Positions 46,754 to 58,000 of a DNA stretch of 64,000 bases are shown here, piece by piece. Positions within the stretch are counted from its first letter, which is position 1. The number at the start of each line of letters is the position of its first letter. Where the stretch lies: the NCBI GenBank assembly GCA_964019425.1, contig OZ025786.1, positions 372,001 through 436,000 of the forward strand, in the 5' to 3' direction. The stretch comes from Flectonema sp. DT1601 (taxonomy: Eukaryota). The position numbers and the translations under genes were made by a program. The notes under the pieces were generated by a model. That model was given only the letters and a program-made list of their open reading frames with translations. It was not told the origin of the DNA and ran no database searches.

Positions 46754-48361
46754 AAATTGAAGCAAAAAATCTAGACTTAGCTCGGCAACATGACCACTCG
46801 TGTAGATACATCGACGACTTCCTCACCTGGAGTTGTGACCCTCCACCAGCAAGCCTGTACTCAATGGATTACACTGATACTTCAAATAATATCGATGACG
46901 TCTCTTATATAGGAATTTGTATCCGAATAGAGATCACTAACACAAATAAACGATGGATTCGTTTAAGTGTTAACGACAAAGCCAGGGGTTGGCATATTAC
47001 ACCAACAAGGTTTACCCATCAGCATTCCGCAGCTCAAGAATCAATGGGTTCAGGTATCTTTACCACCATGATCTTGCGAGCTTTAAAAATTTGCAACAAT
47101 CAGGCAGATTTTTTACAAGAACTTGAAGCGGTAACATATAGATTACTCAACCGGGGCTGTAAATCTGACAATATCAGAGCAGCATGCCTCCGCTTCATTA
47201 GCTCTCACATTGATGATGGTAATACTGCAGCTGCAATGCGTCGACGTATCAACCTTACTTTTGAGAAGTTTAGTCACAAAGTCCCATTAAGCATCGAAAA
47301 GGATACAATTAACCATACGGGCTCTGCAAGCCATTCCTTGGATAAACGATTTCCATCATCCCTACATCAAGCATCAGGAGAAGGTCTACTCGGTGGAGAA
47401 TGCGGATGGGCATCGCTCAACTTCATTGCAGATCATTTATATATTGATAGAATTAGCTTTAGTTTTCTGCAAAACTACCAACAGAGATTTTATGAAGAAT
47501 CTCTTAAAGTAGAACCGAACAACTCAGAGCATAAACCATCACCAGATGGTTGGTTCTCGCTACAAGTACTTAACATGGCTTGCATGACCAAATTCAACAG
47601 GAGAATCGAGTACTTCGTTAACCCAGCAGATTTCGAATATCCTGATACAGCCGCAGCACTTATTCTGCATAAAGCGAAAACAAGGATGACTCACTTTATT
47701 GTTGCGCTGGTCTCATTTGAGTCCATCCGAGACATTCTTAAAGGCACAAAGGATTTAAGACTCCCTTTCGATCATTTTGACAAGATGTACCGAACTACAG
47801 AATATAGTTTCCATATGATACCATTAAAAGCTCAGACTGATATGGATGTTACAATGACACCTGCGAATATAGGACCTTTGATGGTATGCGAAGATAAAGT
47901 AAAACGCAAATTGGATGACGACTCAACCATTAACTCGACTGTAATAGTGAAACGACCAGACGTCAAAAATTCAAATTGAGCAAAAGCAAATAAACATTGC
48001 TAGCCCTATCCTGGCGAGCTCCGATGGATTTTTATCTTAGAACGATAGCAACTTCAACATAGAATGAAGTCCCTTAGAACTTACTGATGAAGGCCTAAAA
48101 AGGGACAAGTAGTATAAGATTAAGGCTCCTGAAACTACATATTCTATTACCCTTTGATGTTAGGAAACTGCAGAAATGAGTACTGTTCTTTTACTAATCT
48201 CTACTTTTTATTCTCACTTTTCTATACTAAAAATAATAAAACTAGCTAACCAAGTTCTTCTTGGCGGAAACCAGAGCCTCATTCAGGATATCACCGAATA
48301 GTCTCAAAGTAAGTTTAAAAAGACTGGTAGTAACAACCTGCCTCACTGGCACTCTTTAATA
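46754..48361 (+). mobile_element. Penelope-like element copy 3: open frame ~46756-47979, single hammerhead 48069-48138
   Basis: YIDD at 46807-46818; RT thumb and Josephin-like domain in one uninterrupted frame; candidate catalytic Cys 47401-47403 and His 47692-47694. Confidence 0.82.
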
Positions 48362-48666
48362 TATTTTTGCTCGATTTTTTTTCTCTGGATCCCGCTGGGT
48401 ACTTGTCTACGGCTGGGTTGATTTAGTAAACCATAAAATTTCTTTTCTCGGTTTTGGCGACAAGTATGTGATGTCAACCTCCCGATTTCGTTCGGAAATG
48501 AACCGAACGATGCGGCATTAAAATGCCGCTGCGATCGAAATTTTTACATCTTTTTTCGAAAATCCTTTTCATTTTCCAGAATTTGGTCGCAAAAAATAAT
48601 TTTTACTGATTTTTTTTTTGTTTTTATTGGATTTCAGTTTTCTTCTCTATACAGCCGACTGTGTCA

Positions 48667-49340
48667 ATGCAGGCCTCACGCCTTACGAGGTCAGCGATAC
48701 ATCTTTCCAGATGCAGAAGCTCTTGGCTGCAATCAAGAACGAAGCCTACGGCCATACCTGTAAGTTCGTCCACACTAATAGATACCTCCCCGCCTGTGAG
48801 GCATAATATTGTACGGAATGCGAAGCGAAGAATGGAACGATTATTACGACTCCACGATGGGGAAGAGCCACAAGTAGAAAAGAAGAATTTACCTTGTACT
48901 GCGTTTGCGGCCTACGTACTCTCTCGAAGTAAAAGTGTCACAGAAGCTGCCGCAGGGTGGAGGGTATGTCATCATATCGGTTTTTTAAAAAAATGATAAA
49001 AATAATTTGCTGTTGGCTATATTAAAAAACCTTGAGGCTTCACGAGGTCGTGCTTCCATAAGGCGCTGCTTACTAGCTGGTATACACAACCCGACCACAG
49101 GAGATGAGTGACACTGAGAAGGTTCCGTATTTTGAAGTGGCCAGCAAAAACAGGGCGAGTATGAAGCAGTGTGGAGTACCAACGAACTCGTACGCGGCTT
49201 TTGTGAAATTGAATTTTGGCGATGTACGTGCTAAAGTAGTGGAAGAAAACAAATTCGATAAAGATAAAGTTTCTATCATTAAACAAACATTAAGAAGAGT
49301 TGCAATACTATACAGAGAACAACACAGAGTAAATCGGTAA
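48667..49340 (+). CDS. HMG-box protein copy 4; exons 48667-48963, 49101-49340
   Basis: Same structure as copy 1; intact. Confidence 0.72.
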
Positions 49341-49548
49341 CGAATACTAATTAACAATACCGGATTCTACGAACACTGCACTGAGTGCACTCATTGAAAT
49401 CATCATACGCAGTTGATCAATTTACATTAGAGCTCTGATAGTGTATTGACTAACATTGTATCTGCGTTGCTTTTTTTTTTTTATAATACGAAATTATTAT
49501 TATTATTATTATTATTTATTTATTTTTTTAATTTTCAGAACGGAATAG

Positions 49549-52500
49549 ATGTCGAAGGATGCTGGTTGGCTAAATAACATCACCGACGGTTTAGAAAGTG
49601 AAAATAAAAGTGTTAAAGAAATTCCTGTTGGTGAAGTTAGATTTTACCCCTTCGGAACACCTGAATTTATAACATACGAGGAATTCTTACTGCTTCCAAG
49701 GTGTACTGATATTACTTTGGAAGATGTAAGTGAGAGAAGCATTGAGGATGAAAAAATTCGAATTTTTGAAACTTTTCAAACAAAACGAGAACACGAACTT
49801 ACCAACCACTGGGATCTTCAAGAAATGCCGAATAATGAACCATCCTTCAAACATCATTCACTATTAGGAAAGATAGAATCGATGGTTTCAGCAACAATAA
49901 AATTTCTCGCTATCTGGGGGGTCCTATACCTATTCATAATCGCATTAGGCATCATGGGCAACGCCTTTAAAGTTCTTGGTGGGAAGTCATCGGGCAAAAC
50001 CTTCAGAGAAAGTTCCTTGTTATCTAACCCAGTGTCTGGTCTCTGTATAGGTATTTTAGCTACAGTATTAATGCAGTCGTCATCTACTACTACTTCTATA
50101 GTCATATCGATGGCAGCGTCTAACTTGGTTTCGGTGAAAAATGCTGCTAACTTAGTCATGGGTGCCAACATAGGTACATCTATAACTAACACTCTGGTTT
50201 CAATAGCTCACTTAAATAGTCCAGAGCAATATCGAAGAGCGTTTACCGCTGCTGTATTTCACGATATGTTTAACTGGCTTACGGTGTCAATGTTTCTTCC
50301 CCTCGAAGCCTCTTGTGGGTTTCTTGTTGAAATTGCAGGTGCTGCAGTTGACAGTATGGCTCTTGGAGGCAAACATCAAAAAACTGAATTTATAAAAACA
50401 ATAACGAACCCAGCTACTGGCAGAGTAGTATCAGTTGACAACGGATTGATTGAAAAGATTGCTGAAGCACGCACTAGCAAAGAAGTAGCCGATCTTGAAA
50501 AGATTTCAATCATTAAGAAGAAATCAGGATTTGTCCTTCGAGACACCCCACAATCTGATAGTGAAGCCGGCATACTATTGCTCGTTGTCGCTATAACAAT
50601 GCTTTGTACATGTTTGCTTCTTTTAGTTAAGTTATTGCAATCTGTTTTGAAAGGTAAGGTAGCTGTGTACACTAGGAAGGTATTAAATCTCGATTTTCAA
50701 CATAAATATTTAAAAATGTTCGGAGGCCTTGATAACTACATTCTTCTATTTGTCGGAACTGGAATGACTGTTTTGGTTCAGTCCAGTTCCGTATTCACAT
50801 CAACGTTAACGCCTCTGGTTGGAATCGGGTTAATTCACATTGAAAAGGTTGTGGCATTGACTCACGGAGCAAATATTGGAACTACAGTCACAGGTGTAAT
50901 ATCAGCCCTTGCTGGTGATAATGTTGTAATAGGTATGCGTGTTGCTCTAGAACACGTTTTATTCAATTGTCTCGGCACAGTCATCTGGTTCGTTATTTGG
51001 CCTCTTCGCCCTGTGCCTCTCGCTGCTGCGAAATTCTTAGGCGACACGGCCTCAAACTTACGTTGGTTTCCATTTGCCTACATCATTGTTTGCTTTATAA
51101 TAGTTCCTGTAGTGGTTATTGCTCTTTCGATTCCAGGATGGCAGGTACTGTTGGCAGTTGGTCTTCCTATCCTTCTCGCTATATTATTCATCACTGGTTG
51201 GACATGGGTGAGAAGAAACAGAGCTGACTTACTACCACGTGGAGGGTGTCTGAGATCTGATGTTTCTCTCTGCGGGTGTAAATATCCGAACTGGATGCAA
51301 GTTTGGGGAGGAGACCGCAGTCAAGACAATGTCGATATGGAAGAAATGAAAAGAAAAGAAGCTAAGGCAGAGTCCGACAAGGTAACTGAGTGGCCATTGT
51401 CTCCAACGGCATGGGGCCTTGGTACCTTATCTCTTCTTGGACTCTTGCTGGCTATCCCAACTGCACAATGGAGGCGTATCCGTTATGCGAATGAAACTCG
51501 TGGAAGAAAGGAATATGGTTTTGGTCTCTGGGAAATCTGTTCTGATGACTTTACTAAGGATTCTCAATGGGCTACTACACCTCCCTTATGTAATCAAGAG
51601 CAGATAAATGACTGCGCAAAGGACTTATCTCGCAGCTGCACAACTAAAAGCTGGGCTGATACATCCCTTCCAACTATGCATGAGAATGATATGTATGAGA
51701 GCACTTGGAAGACCTGTTCAAAACTTGGGTGTCGAGTGTCGGATTGGTTGAAATACTGTCCAGACATTAGTAATTGTTCTTTAGGTAATTATCACTCTAG
51801 TCGATGTATTGAAGTAGTTGATAATTATGAATTTCATAAACACAATCAAATGGATTTGAATGATGTTACTTACTCATATCCGGGAGACGATCCTGGAGCG
51901 CTGACACCTCCGCTGGAGAGAACCCCAACACATGCTAGCGTTTTTTTCTCTGGTGTTTCTAACAGTTACTCAGTATCGACGTTTCTTGTTGCCCCAAAAA
52001 TGATTAATACCATTAACGGAGAGAATGCATCTTGTGCTGACTGCACTGAAACATGTGCCAACTCCAGCATTGGAAAGTTTTGTACTGATGCTCCAAGTAT
52101 CACTGGTATTGCATACGATTACTGCTCTGGGGATTTCCTTATTGTTTCTGGACGAGGTCCAGCTTCAGAATGCAGCATCGGAACTATTTTCCCTTTCTCA
52201 TCATTTACACCATCAATATCAGTGATGACCCTCACAGTTGGTAAGAATTCACAATCTAATTCAGCTATTCTAAAAGAGAGAACACCATTAGCATATTACA
52301 ATAACAACAACACTGTTACTTTTGCTTCAGGTCTACCTAATGTGAAAGAATGGTACTCACCATTGCCTATTGATGATTGTCTTGGTGAGCAGGATGTTAA
52401 TGATGTTGGTATCGGTATCAACATAAATGATATTCACATCCTTCAATACCATAATAATACTACAGAAGGTGTGTATGTGGGTTCTGATGAGTATGAGGCA

Positions 52501-53939
52501 AAAATAGTTTTTTGGAACCATGATGGCGAAATCATTGCTACCTACTCTCCTCAAAAGACAAAAAACAACAGCACTCAACCCAACGGAATCCACATTGAAA
52601 TCCTGCCTAGTGAATTTGGATCACGGAATAGAGAAAGTGGAAGAATAACAATGGCAATTAATGCGAATAAAACTAAAATGGTAGTCTGTTCAGGTGTTGG
52701 TGGTAGTAGTCCTGTCGTAGCTTGTGCCATGCTGGGTATCAGTAACTTCACTCAACCAGACTTATTAGGTACAAAAATTGTACTTCACAACGAAGCATCT
52801 GCTGAATACAACACCAACGTCAGAGGTAGAAGCTCAAAGCAAGGAGATGTAAACTTTGTTTCTGCTCAATGGCTCCGCAATGGTAGGATTCTATTTCTAG
52901 AACAGGGAAAAGTATGTGACGTTTCCCCTTTTTTTTAAAAAAACATCAAATCGGAAAATAAATTTAACACCCCCAACAGTTTTCTGAAAACAAACTCGGA
53001 GGTACTTTATATATCGCTGATTTCGAAACAGGAAATGATATTTCCCTTCCAAGTAGCACTTCGTTAGATACCATAAAAAAAGCTTCTGTAAGAGTGGTAA
53101 TGAATGACTTGAAAACGAGTGAATTGAAATTTGAAGCAGATCCACAAGCATATGTTAATCTTGCAAAGATTAGTGCCCGACCAGTAAATATGGAAAAGCT
53201 AATGGATCTCAATGATATTGACGACGATGCTAAAGGCTTCATGAAATCATCTCCAATAGGAGCGATGCATATCCTAAATGAATACAGCCTTGTACTCGGT
53301 GAAGACAACAGTTTTGGAATAACTGGACAATCATATTCAAAAGTCCATATAATAAATTTAACTAATAAATTACTAACAGATACTACTGTTTGCTCATTGC
53401 CATCAAAAACCAAACCAAAGATAATTAAGGGAACTCAAAACTGTCGACTCATTTCATCAGTGTGCCCTGAAGGGGGTCTCGCTAGAGACATGCAATCGAT
53501 TGCCGGGGTCGTTATAACTGCAGCTGTTCTTTTATTCATCGGTCTTGTTGCAGTAGCTGCTTATGGTCGTTCAAAAAAAGCATCGATTGGTATTTATGTA
53601 GCAGCTTTGTGCTTCAGTGTTTGCTGGATTCTTCTTCTTGTTGCATGGGTTAGAGTTTCTACACTAGAAGGCAATAGATATACTTGTATGTTCCAAGATG
53701 AAGCACTACGTGGTGGGGTTGTGTTGCTGTCTGGAAGATTTGGTGTTATGACTATGCAGAGCTACTCCTGGGCATTCACTATCTTCTCTTGGGGAATGCT
53801 AACGATATCATTAGTTGCTGTGTTGCAACATGTCGTTGTTAAGTTTCGACAACGACGGCCATCAGTTCATCACCTTAAGGAGAATTCTTCAATGCCCTTT
53901 ATGGATGATTCTATACACGAATCTACAATTCTTAGTTGA
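49549..53939 (+). CDS. SLC34/NaPi-II sodium-phosphate cotransporter fused to a claudin/amastin-like 4-TM region with a large Cys-rich loop; exons 49549-52911, 52980-53939 (~1440 aa)
   Basis: Two QSSS repeats and GANIGT motifs; a phase-0 gtatgt..caacag intron joins the two ORFs; W..GLWEIC after one TM and three further TMs at the C-terminus. Confidence 0.85.
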
Positions 53940-55093
53940 TGACTCACTAGAGTGTTGTTTGTTAACTCTTTACTCTCCGAATCTGATCTGTACGATTCCT
54001 TTATTTTATTAAATGAGCTTAGCTCTGCAATCCAGAGCTAGGAATAATGGAAATCCTTCCACTGAGTGCCAAATGATGTCTTTTTTTTTTTTTTTTTTCA
54101 CCCTTTCTTTTCTGTAAACTATTCAGATATGAAAGATGTGATATTTTATATGGTCATACGCAGCGGACTCTGTCTGCTAATCCAAATAATTTCTGTTGAG
54201 TTTGCCTGTTCCTTATTCAATTGTTAGGAAACGTATATTGTCTCTGGGGATTATTAGTCGTGGTCCTTATTTTTTTTCTTTCTTGTTTTCTATCGTCAAA
54301 AAGTATTATTTATGCTTTAATAACATATCCACCTACTTGAGTAAGTAATTGTCGCAGTGTGTTTTTTTTTTTTTTTTTTTTTGAATTTTTTTTTGCTCTC
54401 ATCACCGATGGATTCTCGATAAAGCGAATTTAAAAAAAATAGGTTTATAAGCAAATAAAGTTATGTGGTACAACAAACCATCGTCCCTGGTGTGTGACAA
54501 TAAAGTGTGAAGTATTCCATCGTGTGAGGTTCCGAGAATTCTTTTCTTGTATTGAACCATCTCTCGTTTTTTTTTCTTTCCTTTTTTTTTTTTCTTTTCT
54601 CGCGACATATTATTTACAGGTGCTGCTTGACTATCTCAGCTTTTGTTTATTTATTTTTTTTTTTTTCTTTCCTTCCGAACGGTACCATAGTAACCGATGC
54701 GACATAAAAAAAACCTTATTTTCAGCTATCCTCCCAAATGTTATATCCGTTGTGTTTGTGGGAGCCAATGTACGGACTTCCTCTCTTCTTATCTCTCTTT
54801 CTCTGATGCTTCCGATATATAACAACTGTCAACCAGAATGTTATTTATTTGAGAATCTGATCTTTTCAATTTATTGGAGACAACAAATAAGTGAGGGATT
54901 TTTTTCTTTTTTTTTTTTTTTTTTTTTCTGAAATTGAGTTGTTGCACACTTAACGACTACTTCAGGTAAAAAATAAAATGAAAAATGCTTCATGATGATT
55001 TAAAAAAGGTTTGCTACGCACGTTTTCTTAAAAAAACTAAAAAATAAATATTTTCACCTTTCAGAGCGATCAGGGTATTCACCCATTTACAAA

Positions 55094-58000
55094 ATGATAC
55101 CGATAATTGCATTGTTAGTTATAGAAAGCATTTTCACACCTCCATTTTTTGATTATGTATTGGAAAATGATGCCATTGGGATAATCATACCCTCACAATC
55201 AAAATCAGAGAGCATATTCATAGTAAAAGGTGATGAAGATTGTGTTTCTGGCAATAAAAAGAAACCAATAAATGTATCAAAGATGGGAAACTATTATAAA
55301 TGTGATGTAGATATTCCAGTTAGTTGGAAATCAAATTGGAATGGCTTTAGAGTCTGTTTTGAAGAAGGAAATAATTTAATACAACTGTACCACTCATCTG
55401 ACGAGGTAGAGTCAACAGAAAGGTCAGTTACTTCACTGTATCACACATATAATAGTAATCCTGTTGCTGTTGGTAATCACAACCCGTCATTCTTATTACG
55501 CGGATATGACATAACAGTCGATGAAGACAGCGGAGCTTATCTATTGGGAGATGAATACGCTGAGCAGATTGACGATAATAACAACTTCTCTCAAGCAGTA
55601 AGGTTCAAATTAACGAATTCAAATGAAGACCTATTCGACGTCCAACCTCATATAATTGGATGTAATCAATTGAAGTGTAGACAGAATATTAATAATCCAA
55701 CTACAACAGGTGCTCTACACTTTTCTGTTGCTCCGAATAGATTTGGAAGAGCACTCGTTGAAGTAATTGCTATTGATGATGGTATTGAACCTCCCGTATG
55801 TGATGGTAATCCATTAGTCATGATGATGGGGATGATGGTTAAATGCGTACCAGTTGATTGTGATCCAGCATTATGCACAAACAGCGATCCTCAGTATTTT
55901 TGGATCGATGTCATCCCAGCTAACGATCCTCCTTCATTTAATCATAAAGGAGATGTTACCAGTCCTGAAGACCAACCAACATGTCATGATGCCTGGGCAA
56001 CAGATATCACATCAGGTGGTTGGGGAGAAGACTTTATGCAACAAGACGCTCAACCATTAACATTTACCATAACTAATCCAAACCCAGATTTATTTAGAGT
56101 TCAACCAAATTTAAATTATAATCAGGGTGATGTTACTGCTTCTTTGTGTTATGAACCAGCACCTAATAAAGTTGGACAGGCTACTATTTCAATCGATCTT
56201 AGAGATGGAGGAAACCCCCCACTATCGTTTGCCACACAATTCATAACAATAACAATAGAAGAAGTAAATGACCCTCCCACATTCACACCTCTATTATCAA
56301 GTGTTAGGGTGTTGGAGGATTCTGGTGCATACTCTCAATTATATTCAAAAGATATGGTTCCAGGTCCACCTGAAGAAATTGATGCGGGGCAACGTGTCCA
56401 AGGGTTTGTTATTACTTTTCAAAATATAGCTCAGTCTGGTTTGTTTGAGAAGCAGCCTGAGATCGATCCAGTTAGTGGAATGTTATCATTCACACCAGGA
56501 AAGAATAAAAATACTTTTCACCAACCTGTTAATTTAAAAGTTGTTCTGGTAGACAGAGTTGATGCTCCAAAAATTCCATTAGAATCTGAAGAACAGATGC
56601 TATCTATCGACATCACTCCTGTTAATGATCCACCATCTTATAACCCACCTAATGGAGATACGAGTATTGTCGTGTGGGAGGATGAGCCATTAGATCATTC
56701 AATCCCTTGGGCAACTCAAATATGCCCGGGTGGTGTTCAACCGAATGACTGTGCTGAGGATGAGGCAGATCCTCAAGGAGAGGCTCAAGTAATTACTTTT
56801 ACTCTTACTCAAACTGATTTAGATCAAACATCTGATCCTCCTTTGTATTGGAAACCAAATGGAGAACCTCGCATGGATTCAACAGGACATGTAAACTTTG
56901 AAATTCTACCTGATAAGGTTGGTGAAACATTCTTTACTGTTGAGCAACGTGATTCTGGAGCAGCTCCAAATAGTGGTCCTGTTCATTCTCTTGTGATAAA
57001 AGTAATGCCAGTTAATGATCCTCCTATGTTTATATTATCTACAGAAACGATTACACTGTTTGAAGACAGTTCTCGTTTCGAACTAAAATATTTTCTTAAA
57101 AACATAACAAAAGGACCAGCTGAACCAGACGAAAACTCACAAACTATTAGATGCTGGGTTACTGTTGATAAACCTGAATTGTTTCATCCATTACAAGGAG
57201 AGCCTGTTATTAGTTTAGATCTTGCGGATACTGTTGGTCATATTAGTTTGATACCAGCACCAAACCAAAAAGGTGCTGCAGAATGTACTGTCACCTGTCA
57301 AGACTCTGGAGGAACTGTTCATGGAGGAGACGATACCACAACATCGACAAAATTTTCAATAATTATAAAAGATGTTTCAGATCCTCCAACTTTTACTGTT
57401 CCTACGGCAGTCATCGTCGATGAAGACTCAGCTCCATTTGGTCACATCCTTCCAAATACGATAACAAACATAACTGCGGGTTTTAATGAAGATGGAGCAC
57501 AGTCAGTTAGGTTTGAGGTTACTACTTATGACTTGCGGCTTTTTGAAAATTCTGGTCTGCCTCAAATCTCTCCAGATGGTACTTTACAATTCCAATTAAA
57601 ACCAAATATCAACGGAAACAGTCTCGTTGACGTCGTTGCTATCGAAAGTGTTATTTCTGGTCCTGAAGTGAATACCTCTGATCCGTTTTATGTAAACACC
57701 GATCTGAGATCAAATATAACAAAATTAAATATAACGGTTCTACCTGTAGATGATCCTCCTATAATAAGTTTTAATACATCTACTTTGAAGAGGGATGCTC
57801 AAGGTGTTATCCAACCATTTTCTATACAAACTTGCATGTCTCCAGATACACCAGGTGGTTCTACCTGTACAGTATTTATCATGAATCTCTTTAAAACCAT
57901 ATCAGTTGGTCCCCTTGATGAGACTTCCTCATCCGTTATCTCACAAACAGCTGATGTTAGCCAGTCAGTTGGGTTAATTACATCTGCCGAGGTTACCGGG

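Noticed and set aside
47360..47979. GIY-YIG endonuclease after the RT thumb
   Set aside because: No GIY/YIG pair or downstream R, H, E, N pattern; the SYIG at the ORF start lies in the RT motif-E region.
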